This document shows positions 30,205 through 39,500 of a stretch of DNA of 64,000 bases, one piece after another (the stretch's first letter is position 1; the number at the start of each line of letters is the position of its first letter). The translations under genes were made by a program, and so were the position numbers. Under the pieces are notes generated by a model. The model was not told the origin of the DNA. It saw only the letters and a list, made by a program, of their open reading frames with translations, and searched no databases. This DNA is from Methanobacteriota archaeon (GTDB lineage: Archaea; Thermoplasmatota; E2; DHVEG-1). The stretch spans positions 288,001 to 352,000 of the forward strand of contig CAVYNH010000006.1 in the NCBI GenBank assembly GCA_963769885.1, written 5' to 3'.

Positions 30205-31437
30205 TATGTTAATGCTTTCATAAAGATGGTGCGGAATCATATCCTGATTGACTATGCTCTCTCCGCCTGAAAATAACACTATAAAATTTCCTGTAGAATT
30301 CTTTGCCATTTCTTGAATCGTGTAGATTTGATTTCCCAGGGTCTCAATATAGGTTTCGCACATGACACCGAGCATAGTTTTTCTTTGCTGGGCAAATAAC
30401 TCCTTACAATCAGTGATTATTTTTTTGCCGGTGAGCCCGAACAGTTCTAATTCTTTTGATTCGATTCTATTAGCGAAATACACAGATTCTCCGAGAAGCA
30501 ATCCTAGCATCGCAGCGTGAATCTTGTCTTTTTTGTGATAGCAAAAAGGATAATAAAAAGCCTGGGAGTAGAATTTTTCGACTTCCTTAATATCCTTCTG
30601 ATGCCAGTTCAAAATTCTGCATAATTCTTGGGTAGCTTTTTTCCCATCGATTTCTTTCACGGTTCTCTGATCTTTCGCCAGAGAGATCTTAATTTTTCTT
30701 CCACGTGGCAAGAGAGGCGTCACTGTCTTGAATTGGGGGCTTTTCGTTCCAGATATCCCAAGGAGCATCACGGCATTTTTCAAAATATTTTTCTCGTAGA
30801 ATTGGTAATTCCGAGAAAGCTTTCCATCGTCATAACACACCGATCCTATTATTGGCTTATCGAGATGGTTCGCAAGGTACTCCAAGACTTCGTCTGCTCT
30901 ATCCGTCCCCATGTTAGACTTCCAAAGCAGTGGTACCATATTCTTCATGAGGCCGCCAAAAGCTTTTGATTTAATCACGGTCTGTTTTCCAATAATGGGG
31001 AAGGTAGGAATGATAGGACCGGAAATAAGCTCAAGGTAGAAATCTGGTGTGACATCCTGTTTCTTCATCATTTCGATGCATTGTCTCGCGGCCTTTCTTG
31101 GATTTCTTTTGGTATTGTGTCCAACCCCAATTGTTACTTGCATTTTGGGATCTGAAACAGCTAGCGCGCATGCTCCTCGAGCGTAGCAACCATAATTGTT
31201 CATAAATCCCGCAGCAGTCCCGCCTACAAGCGGCGTCCCCTCCGGTAAGACATCCCAGACTCCGTTCAGAAACTCCTGGAATCCCCCGTGCTTCTCGTAA
31301 TGAATCGTGGAGAACAGCAGGAAGAAATCCGGTGGCTGGTGCAGCTTGCGGATTGTGGATTCTGCGACCTCGCGGCCCGCCTCGCGTGCATCCCACTTGC
31401 GGCTCATGCCGACCGCGGCTTCAAACTCCTCGCTCAT
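30187..31437 (-). CDS. FIST N-terminal domain protein
   Basis: AREAGREVA, FFLLFST, TPLVGGTAAG, IDGKKA, FSGGE pattern. Confidence 0.75.
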   Translation of the reverse strand: MSEEFEAAVGMSRKWDAREAGREVAESTIRKLHQPPDFFLLFSTIHYEKHGGFQEFLNGVWDVLPEGTPLVGGTAAGFMNNYGCYARGACALAVSDPKMQVTIGVGHNTKRNPRKAARQCIEMMKKQDVTPDFYLELISGPIIPTFPIIGKQTVIKSKAFGGLMKNMVPLLWKSNMGTDRADEVLEYLANHLDKPIIGSVCYDDGKLSRNYQFYEKNILKNAVMLLGISGTKSPQFKTVTPLLPRGRKIKISLAKDQRTVKEIDGKKATQELCRILNWHQKDIKEVEKFYSQAFYYPFCYHKKDKIHAAMLGLLLGESVYFANRIESKELELFGLTGKKIITDCKELFAQQRKTMLGVMCETYIETLGNQIYTIQEMAKNSTGNFIVLFSGGESIVNQDMIPHHLYESINILNFGT

Positions 31438-31458
31438 GTGACTCTTATCTGATTTTTT

Positions 31459-31893
31459 TTATCGGACGGCTGTCTCCTCTCGGTGCTCTGACGACTTCTC
31501 CATCCAGTCCGGCTCTGACCCCACCGGGCCTTTCATAATCCGCAGGATTTCCCGGCGCGCGTTCTCCAGCTCCACCTCAAGTAGTCCCTTGTTCGCCAGT
31601 GCCGGCACGATTGCGACGAGGGCGTTCTCTGTATCAGGGAACACGTAGAACAGAACTTCGTAGTCCTGCAGCCGGAACTCCATCTCCCCAAGCCCCGTCT
31701 GCCCGTACGCCTCGATCACGCCGAACACGTCATCCATCGCACGATGAATGATATCCCATATCCCATGCACTTCAGGCTTGAACCCCTCGCCAGTCGGCAT
31801 GATCGTGATCATGTTCCGTCGCGCCACCATGCACGCCAAGATATCATCGAGTTTCAACAAATCGTCGAGCACGACGGCAATCGGATCCACCAT
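31459..31893 (-). CDS. Roadblock/LC7-like or conserved hypothetical protein
   Basis: Alternating helix/strand pattern, ALVAIV...NKGLL motif. Confidence 0.55.
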   Translation of the reverse strand: MVDPIAVVLDDLLKLDDILACMVARRNMITIMPTGEGFKPEVHGIWDIIHRAMDDVFGVIEAYGQTGLGEMEFRLQDYEVLFYVFPDTENALVAIVPALANKGLLEVELENARREILRIMKGPVGSEPDWMEKSSEHREETAVR

Positions 31894-32034
31894 CCCATAC
31901 CAACTCCTATGAGACGACCTAACACATGACAGATATAAAAACCTATCCGCCACATCGAGAAAACCCTATAAAACCGCAACAAAAACTTTAACTAGCATCC
32001 CAACCATTCTTTCCCTAAAGAAAGGAGGAAAAAT

Positions 32035-33018
32035 ATGAAGAGACTGTTACTCATTGGAATCATAGCTAGTGTACTCCTCAGCCCACTCGCCTACGCCGCG
32101 CCCCTATCCCCGCAATACTCACCAAGCATCGTTACCCATGCCCGGACGCCGGTCGCCGCCGACGGCAACGTCTCCATCTACGAAGACGCCCTCGACCAAT
32201 CACAGACCGCGAACACCACCGGCTTCATCCCAGTCGGCAACTCCAGCTTCATGGGCTGGCTGAACATCTCCGTCGCCCAGTCGTTCATCCCCACCAAAGG
32301 GATCCTGACCCGGGTACAATTCTACATGGCTAAGAACGCCACCGCCACTCAGCCCTGCTGCCTCGCCGTCCGCGACAACCTCACCGGCGCGGACCTCGCC
32401 TACGCAACCCTCTCACCGCCTGCGTTCTCGACATATCCGAACTTCAGCTGGGTCGAATTCGACTTCTTCGACATCCCCGTCACCGTCAACACCACCTACT
32501 ATATCGTCATCTACACTCAAGGCCTCGCGGACAACTACTACTTCGCCTCAGGCGGCGGCCACGACCCCTACCCCAACGGAGCCGCGTACTTCCGCTACAC
32601 CGGTGTGAACTGGAGCGTCATCCCGCCAGGAGACGGCGACGCCGCCTTCAAGACGTACGGCCGCGACGCCCCCAGCTGGGCTACCGGGATGTACTCAGGC
32701 TACTGGGGCCTCGCTCCCCTCGGCGTCCCCCTCCCGCCCGCCGGCTGGCTCACCGGGTTCTCCCGACAAAAGATCCTCTTCGGCTTCGACGGCATCTGGG
32801 CCCCCTTCAACACCACCGTCCACAACGCGACCATGGCGCTCACCGGCGTCATCCTCGGCCCCTTCCTCCTCGGCGGCATCCACAACCTGACCACCGACAA
32901 GGGAGCCTGGTGCATCGGCCTCGGCGGCATCAACGCCACCACCAGCGTCTTCTACTACCGCATCATGTTCTTCATCGGACCCAGCTTCTACCTCGCCGGC
33001 ATCTACTACGAACTCTAA
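32035..33018 (+). CDS. Secreted protein with N-glycosylation sequons
   Basis: GGAGG RBS, MKRLLLIGII signal, LDQSQT..AQSFIP..WVEFDF..D.AFKTYG domain. Confidence 0.85.
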   Translation: MKRLLLIGIIASVLLSPLAYAAPLSPQYSPSIVTHARTPVAADGNVSIYEDALDQSQTANTTGFIPVGNSSFMGWLNISVAQSFIPTKGILTRVQFYMAKNATATQPCCLAVRDNLTGADLAYATLSPPAFSTYPNFSWVEFDFFDIPVTVNTTYYIVIYTQGLADNYYFASGGGHDPYPNGAAYFRYTGVNWSVIPPGDGDAAFKTYGRDAPSWATGMYSGYWGLAPLGVPLPPAGWLTGFSRQKILFGFDGIWAPFNTTVHNATMALTGVILGPFLLGGIHNLTTDKGAWCIGLGGINATTSVFYYRIMFFIGPSFYLAGIYYEL

Positions 33019-33088
33019 CATCGTCTGTAAGGGAGCACCGCCCTCCCTTCCCCCCTCTTTTTTCTCTCACCCACGACGGAGCCCCGCG

Positions 33089-33117
33089 TTCGAACCTTTT
33101 CAAAAAAACTATTTAAT
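33089..33117 (+). promoter_or_regulatory. Repeated operator-BRE-TATA unit 1
   Basis: TTCGAACCTTTTCAAAAAAACTATTTAAT. Confidence 0.7.
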
Positions 33118-33137
33118 CCAAGAGCCAGAATAAAAAT

Positions 33138-33229
33138 AGGCATGGGAGGCAAGACAGGCCGACTCCGTTCTCCTCTTCTTCATGTCCTGGGAAACCCTTC
33201 ACATGCCCTGCCCTGCCTCCCATCTGCCT
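33138..33229 (+). ncRNA. Candidate hairpin sRNA A
   Basis: ATGGGAGGCA/TGCCTCCCAT 10-bp stem, inner CATGT/ACATG stem with GG-GAAA-CC tetraloop. Confidence 0.5.
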
Positions 33230-33340
33230 CCATCACAATCCCACAACCCACTACCTCACGAGGTAACCAGCCAACGAGCGGAGGAGTCACCACCACCCCA
33301 CACGCCTGCCCCCCCGGCTCCTCCCCGCTCCCCCCACGCA

Positions 33341-33370
33341 TTCGAATCTTTTCAAAAAAAATATTTAAAT
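33341..33370 (+). promoter_or_regulatory. Repeated operator-BRE-TATA unit 2
   Basis: TTCGAATCTTTTCAAAAAAAATATTTAAAT. Confidence 0.7.
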
Positions 33371-33391
33371 CTACAACGCCTGATACAATTC

Positions 33392-33485
33392 AGGTATGGG
33401 AGGTAACCATGCGGGGCACACGCCTTGTATTCCCCTTCACCGCCTTGTGTCTTCATCATCCCCACACGGTACCCCATACCTTTTT
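33392..33485 (+). ncRNA. Candidate hairpin sRNA B
   Basis: AGGTATGGG/CCCATACCT terminal stem, further imperfect pairing, ends in T5. Confidence 0.5.
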
Positions 33486-33493
33486 CCGCCCTG

Positions 33494-33521
33494 TTCGAAG
33501 CTTTTCAAACAAACTATTAAA
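33494..33521 (+). promoter_or_regulatory. Repeated operator-BRE-TATA unit 3, upstream of the 33547 gene
   Basis: TTCGAAGCTTTTCAAACAAACTATTAAA. Confidence 0.7.
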
Positions 33522-33546
33522 CACATCCAAAAATAAACCACGACCC

Positions 33547-36303
33547 ATGAAAACAATCCCCACACTCTTCATCCTCGCCCTCCTCCTCACAAGCCTTCTG
33601 CCCACCGCCACCGCCCGTAGCATCAGCCCGCCCCTCATCCTCGTCCAACGACAATCCGCCGCCGCCATCCGTACCACTGACACCATCCTCCTCTCCGCCC
33701 AAGCCAGCGACGACACCGCCCTTGATAAGGCCTACCTCTCCACCAACGAAACCGGCCACTGGCAGACCTATAGCTCCTGGTGGGACCCCCACTGGACCCA
33801 CGCCCTCAGACTCACCGTCGACCACACCACCATCCCCGCCAGCCTCACCGGCTTCCCCCTCCTCGTCATCCTCACCACCACCGACTTCGCTACGACCGCC
33901 CAGCCCGACGGCGACGACTTCCTCTTCACTGACGCCGCCAACACCACCCAATACCTCCACGAGATCGAGTCCTACGATCCCGCCACCGGAAGCCTCATCG
34001 CCTGGGTCCGCATCCCAACGCTCAGCGCCACCAAGGACACCACCCTCTTCCTCTACTACGGCAACCCAGACTGCCCAAGCCAACAAAGGCCTCGCGGCGT
34101 CTGGGCTGACTATCTCTCCGTGCTACATTTCACCGGCACCGCGGCCACCAGCCTCCACGACAGCGCATCCAACGAAACCCTGCTTTCCTACGGCGCACCC
34201 ATCTATGGTTGTCCCGGCAGGGTCGGTACGAGCATTGGTCTCAACACCAACGCCTCGGGCTCCTACCTCACGGCCCGCATCCATCTCCCGGCCAACTCCT
34301 CCTATACCCAAACAGTCTGGGTTTCTTTCGACGACACAGAATCCATAAGCGGCACCATCATCAACGGGAATGGCACCCAGGGGTTTCGCCTTCAGGTCAC
34401 GGAGACCGATCATGTCCGGAGCACGGCGATGACCGCGGCGGGAGTAAACAGCGTTCAGAGCACGACAGTCTTCGATCGATCCTCCCCAGTTTGGCGCGCT
34501 CTCTGTGGCCGTGTCAGCCTCCGAACCGGATGCCACGAGCTGTTTGTGGACGGCATCCGTGAGGCGGCTGGCGAGCTCCCGAGCTCAGTCCTCCCTGGGG
34601 TTGACGGCATCGTGTTCGGGGCGAACAGTAGCCATGCGGCGTTCCTGCACGGCCGCTTGGATGAGTTCCGCCTCTGTGCGAGAGACCTCAACGATTCCTG
34701 GATTAGGACGGAGGCCGCCATGATGCGATCTCCCGAGGCCTTCCTCCAGTGCAGCATGGTCCCGTCTCAGTGCATGGCCACGATCCATGGGTCTCCCCTT
34801 TGGCTTCATCAGAATTCGGACCCGCAATGGGCGAACTTCACCTGGGCAAGTCCTGGCGTCGTTCAAGGAACCATGGTAGGCTGGCGTATCATCTTCCAGG
34901 ATACCGGAGGATTTCAGAGCACGACCCCTGTCCTGAGCTTCCAGATCCTCGGTTCCCCGCCGAGTACTCCTTCGGCGCCGTCCGGCCCGAGTCGTACCAC
35001 GGTCGGCGTCCCGGCGTGCTTCTTGGTTCAGGCGGTTGATCCAGACGGTGACCCGGTTTCCTATGAGATGGACTACGGAGACGGCAGCGCTCTTGATTGG
35101 TCCACTGCATCAGCATCCGGAGCCGGTCAATGGATGACGCACGCATGGCGGCAAAGTGGCGAGTACCTTGTCAAAGTCCGGGCGAGGGATCCCTCCGGCG
35201 CAGAGTCGCCATGGTCTCCTCCCTCCTCGATCACCGTGTCCGGCTCAGGCTTGAGCTCACTGGCTATCCATGCCCCGACCGCGGTCACGGAAGGGGCTGA
35301 ATTCACGGTCACAGTAACCTGCGGCCTAGTTCCTGTTCCGGATGCAACGGTCCGCTTCGCATCGATGGTGCAGACGACGAACGGTACAGGCATTGTCAGG
35401 CTTTACGCTCCTGCCGCGAGCCGTGCGCAGAGTTTTTATCTTACGGCAGACCACCCGGAGTATGATGGGGCGATGATCACAGTTATCGTCGTCCGAACGG
35501 ACTCGGAGACTGAGTCTGGATGGATCTATGGCAGGGTCACGGGAGAAACGGGGGCGGGTCTTCCGAATGCCCAAATCACTGTCCAGGTGGATGGGACGAT
35601 GAACCATTGTGTCTTCACTGGTGAAACGGGTCGCTACACCATTCCACTGCGGGCTGGAGAGTACAGTCTTGTTGCGGACAAGCCTGGGTATGACTCGTTT
35701 TTGTTTCCAGGCGTGGTGGTGCAGCCTGGCCAGACGGTCGAGGTCAATCTGAGTCTTTCCCCGCATGCCGGCTCATCCTCAATAGAAACTTCTGATGAGA
35801 GTCTGGCGAAGGCGATCATTGATGCGGGGATCGCGGCGGATCGGATCGCGGGTCGGCTGGATGCATCGGATGGCTCGTGGGTGTTCTCGTCGTATCAGGA
35901 GGGGCTGTCGGCGTCGGTTGTCCATGGGTCGGCGTGGAACGTGTCGTTTACCGTGTCCGCGGTGAATCTGTCTGGGAGGGTCGTCGCGGTTCGGCTTGGG
36001 GATGCGGGGTCGGTGGATGGCGTGGATGTCCTGGTGGATGGGGTGTGGGTGGAGCAGGTGGATGTCGGTGAGGTGCTGTCGTTGGATGGGGGGGTTGCTC
36101 GGTTTGGGTGTATGAACGGGGAGGGGTCGGTGGTGTATTGTCTGGTGTATGTGCCGCAGTTCAGTAGTCATGTGGTGGAGGTGCGTGGGGTGGTGCGGGC
36201 GGTGTCGTTGGTGGGGTTGGCGGCGGTGTACGTGGGGGTGGGGGTGGTTGGGTTGGTTGGTGTTCTTCTTCCTATCGTTGCGATTGAGCGGAAGCGTCGG
36301 TGA
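33547..36303 (+). CDS. Cell-surface protein: DUF2341, LamG-like, PKD/Ig, carboxypeptidase-regulatory-like, C-terminal TM anchor
   Basis: Signal MKTIPTLFIL; GFPLLV..DGDDFLF..HEIE..AWVRIP..LYYGN; GRLDEFR; DYGDG; TM then RKRR. Confidence 0.88.
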   Translation: MKTIPTLFILALLLTSLLPTATARSISPPLILVQRQSAAAIRTTDTILLSAQASDDTALDKAYLSTNETGHWQTYSSWWDPHWTHALRLTVDHTTIPASLTGFPLLVILTTTDFATTAQPDGDDFLFTDAANTTQYLHEIESYDPATGSLIAWVRIPTLSATKDTTLFLYYGNPDCPSQQRPRGVWADYLSVLHFTGTAATSLHDSASNETLLSYGAPIYGCPGRVGTSIGLNTNASGSYLTARIHLPANSSYTQTVWVSFDDTESISGTIINGNGTQGFRLQVTETDHVRSTAMTAAGVNSVQSTTVFDRSSPVWRALCGRVSLRTGCHELFVDGIREAAGELPSSVLPGVDGIVFGANSSHAAFLHGRLDEFRLCARDLNDSWIRTEAAMMRSPEAFLQCSMVPSQCMATIHGSPLWLHQNSDPQWANFTWASPGVVQGTMVGWRIIFQDTGGFQSTTPVLSFQILGSPPSTPSAPSGPSRTTVGVPACFLVQAVDPDGDPVSYEMDYGDGSALDWSTASASGAGQWMTHAWRQSGEYLVKVRARDPSGAESPWSPPSSITVSGSGLSSLAIHAPTAVTEGAEFTVTVTCGLVPVPDATVRFASMVQTTNGTGIVRLYAPAASRAQSFYLTADHPEYDGAMITVIVVRTDSETESGWIYGRVTGETGAGLPNAQITVQVDGTMNHCVFTGETGRYTIPLRAGEYSLVADKPGYDSFLFPGVVVQPGQTVEVNLSLSPHAGSSSIETSDESLAKAIIDAGIAADRIAGRLDASDGSWVFSSYQEGLSASVVHGSAWNVSFTVSAVNLSGRVVAVRLGDAGSVDGVDVLVDGVWVEQVDVGEVLSLDGGVARFGCMNGEGSVVYCLVYVPQFSSHVVEVRGVVRAVSLVGLAAVYVGVGVVGLVGVLLPIVAIERKRR

Positions 36304-36349
36304 AAATGGTTATAAAATCTGGTGTGTTTCGTGATGGGAGGGTGTTGAG

Positions 36350-36613
36350 TTGATTGAGGGTGCGGTCGTGTTTTCGGTGATGACGGTGTTGTCGGTGGTG
36401 TTGTTTGCGGTGTCGGTGTTGAGTTTTGTGCGGTATCGGTCGGTGCGGATGTTGTTGATTAGTTTTATGCTTGGGTTGTTTGTGGTGCAGAGTGTGTTGT
36501 TGAGTCTGGGGTTGTTTTTTCCGGTGGTTGCTGGGTTTACGGGGAGTGTGTGGATGTGGGTGTTTGAGGTCGGGATTCTGGGTGTGTTGTATGTGACTGC
36601 GGTGAAGCCGTAG
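36350..36613 (+). CDS. Small 3-TM membrane protein
   Basis: GGAGG RBS; hydrophobic; directly upstream of a wHTH gene. Confidence 0.7.
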   Translation: MIEGAVVFSVMTVLSVVLFAVSVLSFVRYRSVRMLLISFMLGLFVVQSVLLSLGLFFPVVAGFTGSVWMWVFEVGILGVLYVTAVKP

Positions 36614-36622
36614 CGGGTTGTT

Positions 36623-37141
36623 ATGGCTGAGTTGTTTGAGTTGGAGACGCGGAAGCGGATTTTTCGGGTGATTGAGGAGCATCCGGGGTTGAATTTGAGT
36701 ACGATTGCGTCGATGTTGGGGATGAATGTGCCGTTGGTGGATTATCATACGCGGTATTTTGAGAAGCATGGGTTGGTGCTGGTGGCGAAGGATGGTGGGT
36801 TTAAGCGGTTTTATGTGAAGGGGGCGGTGGGGGTGGTGCATCGGCGGTTGTTTGGGGTGTTGCGGCAGGAGGTGCCGTTGCGGATTGTGTTGTTTTTGTT
36901 GAAGAATCCGGGGGCGCGGTATCCGCAGATTTGTGCGTGTTTTTCGTTTTCGAAGTCGACGGTGTCGTATCATTTGCGGAAGTTGATTCGGTGTGGGGTG
37001 GTGTGTGTGTCGGTGGAGGGGGAGGGGTGGGTGTATTCGGTGTTGGATGAGAAGGTGGTGGTGGGTTTTTTGCTGCAGTATAAGCCGAGTGGGGTGTTGC
37101 AGCGGTTCAAGGAGACGTGGGAGGAGTTCGGGCTGCCGTAA
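36623..37141 (+). CDS. Double winged-helix (ArsR-like) regulator
   Basis: TRKRIF..I..HPG..VDYH and LLKNPG..STVSYHLRKL. Confidence 0.85.
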   Translation: MAELFELETRKRIFRVIEEHPGLNLSTIASMLGMNVPLVDYHTRYFEKHGLVLVAKDGGFKRFYVKGAVGVVHRRLFGVLRQEVPLRIVLFLLKNPGARYPQICACFSFSKSTVSYHLRKLIRCGVVCVSVEGEGWVYSVLDEKVVVGFLLQYKPSGVLQRFKETWEEFGLP

Positions 37142-37211
37142 CTCTTTTATATCGCTGTGGGGAAATTATTATATATTAGGCTCGGCTTGGTTTCTGTAGG
37201 AGTTGGCGATT

Positions 37212-37787
37212 ATGGTACGCGTGTCTGCTGTTGGTCGGCGTTTGGGTATTTTCGGTATCATCGTGTTACTGGTGAGTGGGGCGTGGGTGGGGGTTGGCGT
37301 GTCTGCCGTGGCTCCGTCCAGCTCAGTTGCTCCTGCTCTCCCGGTTGAGGTGCAGCGGTTGGTGCCGACGGCGGGGAACCGAACGATTTTGGATACTCGT
37401 GGTGCGTTGACGCCGCTGCGGCCACATGATTATACGAACATGACGTTTCTTGGTGGTGGTCCTGCGGTGCGGTGGCTAGGGCTGCTGTTCAATAGTTCGT
37501 TGATACAGTTGATCTGTCCGATGGCGTTGTACGTGCCGGTGAAGAACCTGAGTTTCCGGGTGTCGTATTCCCGTGTGCCGTTGTTGCCTCGGGAGCGAAT
37601 TCGGTACGGGTGTATGACGATTCTGTTGAATGCGTCTGGGCTGGGGTTCTGTCGCAACAAGATCCATTCTCTTGAGGTGCATGGGTTCACGGGCGTGTTT
37701 GAGTTCACGCGGGCGAAGATGTTGCGGTCGTTTGCGGCGCGGTTCGAGTTCATTGGGATTGCGGACAGCGTGTCGCTGCAGACCTAG
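37212..37787 (+). CDS. Secreted hypothetical protein
   Basis: Signal peptide; V.GFTGVF..F.FIGIA C-terminal motif. Confidence 0.7.
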   Translation: MVRVSAVGRRLGIFGIIVLLVSGAWVGVGVSAVAPSSSVAPALPVEVQRLVPTAGNRTILDTRGALTPLRPHDYTNMTFLGGGPAVRWLGLLFNSSLIQLICPMALYVPVKNLSFRVSYSRVPLLPRERIRYGCMTILLNASGLGFCRNKIHSLEVHGFTGVFEFTRAKMLRSFAARFEFIGIADSVSLQT

Positions 37788-37917
37788 CGAAGGATTCCAT
37801 CTAGTTTCTGATTCTGTCGTGTTTTGATGAAAAAGATAAAGGTTTCATTTATTCTTATATAGGCCGTAGAAGATCTTAAAAGGGTCTTTTTAGATTACTT
37901 AGATGGAGGAAGGCGAA

Positions 37918-38712
37918 ATGAAGAAGTTAGGTTCTCTCGGGATTGTTCTTCTACTGTCTTTTAGTGCTTTGGCTCTTCCTTTGGTGAAGATACAAGCATC
38001 TCCTGTTTTGGATACTCCTAAAGAACCTCATGTGCATCTCGGTGGAACCCAAGGACTGAATGGGTGGTATATCAGTGCTGTTTCTGCTTTCATAGATTGT
38101 TCCGCTTTTTATAAGATTGATAATGGTAGTTGGATGGTTTACACTTTTCCTTTTATGATATCAGGCGATGGAAGACATACTTTAGTTGCTACAGATAATT
38201 TATACAATCCAAACTGGACAGAGGAGTATCACATCAACATTGATGAAACTCCCCCTGTAATATATTTGGCTGAATGTCCTATGTTCTCCAGTAAGACTTT
38301 TACTGCAAATTGTTCCGATGCTACGAGTGGTATGAATTATACAGAATTTTATTTGAATGGAAAATTACGTGAAACCGATGCCGACTATCCATATGAATGG
38401 ACGTACAATTATGATACTCCACCATTAACCTTAATTGGAATCATCAAAAAGGCTCAATTTTCAGGGTATATAACAATCCCTATTATCATCGGCATTACTA
38501 AAAACAATAGGGATTTGATACCTGAGGCCAAAGCTTATGATAATGCAGGGAACAATGCCAGTGTTACGGGTGGCTTTGGCTATTGTCCTCCTTACTGTCT
38601 GATGCTCTCAAAGGTATTAGTCCTTCCAAATAACTATACAGGGCATCTTGGGCGGTTCTTTGTTCATGCTACCTTCTATGAGAATAATACTTCGATGGAG
38701 AGAACCAAATGA
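37918..38712 (+). CDS. Secreted Ig-like domain protein in a low-GC patch
   Basis: MKKLG signal; GLNGWYIS, IDETPP, SDATSGM, PYEW, AYDNAGN. Confidence 0.8.
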   Translation: MKKLGSLGIVLLLSFSALALPLVKIQASPVLDTPKEPHVHLGGTQGLNGWYISAVSAFIDCSAFYKIDNGSWMVYTFPFMISGDGRHTLVATDNLYNPNWTEEYHINIDETPPVIYLAECPMFSSKTFTANCSDATSGMNYTEFYLNGKLRETDADYPYEWTYNYDTPPLTLIGIIKKAQFSGYITIPIIIGITKNNRDLIPEAKAYDNAGNNASVTGGFGYCPPYCLMLSKVLVLPNNYTGHLGRFFVHATFYENNTSMERTK

Positions 38713-38911
38713 AGAAGTGGATAGTGGTTGGAGTAGTCCTGCTGTTTCTTGGATCAAGCATTCCTGTCTTAGCCTATTCAACTGAGAAGACCATCCTTCC
38801 TTCATCTACAGGTTTCAACAATTGCCTTACTGGCTGACTTTCATTCTTGATTTCATCTTTAGTATCCTTTGTTACATCGGTGTTATACTAAACTGCTGGT
38901 GGGCAATCTAA
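38709..38911 (+). pseudogene. Frameshifted or internally deleted small secreted protein
   Basis: MKKWIVVGVVLLFLG signal stops at 38837; hydrophobic tail LPYWLTFILDF...WWAI in another frame. Confidence 0.5.
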
Positions 38912-39020
38912 TAATTTTCGAGCCAAAAGAGGAATGGAAACTCACGCCACTGCTGGATGGTTTTCTAACCCTTATTGAGGTTTAGCGACTCATCCGTTTT
39001 TCTATTGAATAATGGTTATT

Positions 39021-39401
39021 TCAAGATATTTTTTTATAGGCAGCAGGGTCAAGGAGGCTGGAGAGTTCTGTGGGGTTTTTGACCTCGATCTGCGCAATCC
39101 AACCATCGGTGTAAGGGTTTTTATTGATGAGCTCGGGGTTGTCGTCGAGTTTGTTGTTGACCGCGGTGATCTTGCCGGTGACGGGGGCGTAGACCTCGGA
39201 GACGGATTTGACGGATTCGACAACGCAGAGCTCGTCGCCTTTCTTGACTTCCTTACCGACGGGTGGGAGTTCGACGAAGACGATGTCGGTAAGCTCTGAC
39301 TGGGCGTGGTCCGTGATGCCGACGGTAGCCTGTTTGCCGGTGACCTTGACCCATTCGTGTGACTTGGTGTACTTCAAATCGTCGCGGACTTCGTTGGACA
39401 T
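39021..39401 (-). CDS. gcvH: Glycine cleavage H protein
   Basis: SHEW, VGITDHAQ, VESVKSVSE lipoyl motif. Confidence 0.96.
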   Translation of the reverse strand: MSNEVRDDLKYTKSHEWVKVTGKQATVGITDHAQSELTDIVFVELPPVGKEVKKGDELCVVESVKSVSEVYAPVTGKITAVNNKLDDNPELINKNPYTDGWIAQIEVKNPTELSSLLDPAAYKKIS

Positions 39402-39500
39402 AAGGAGTCTCCGTCTGGGGGTAAACCCGGAGGACCTTTTTAATTGTTTCTTCCTCTGATTCTAAGAGAAAAAACAGGGAAAAAGGAAGTGAAAGATGAT

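Noticed and set aside
33142-33546. 135-aa N-terminal extension of the surface protein
   Set aside because: The region holds promoter repeats and hairpins; the signal peptide begins at 33547 after a TATA box
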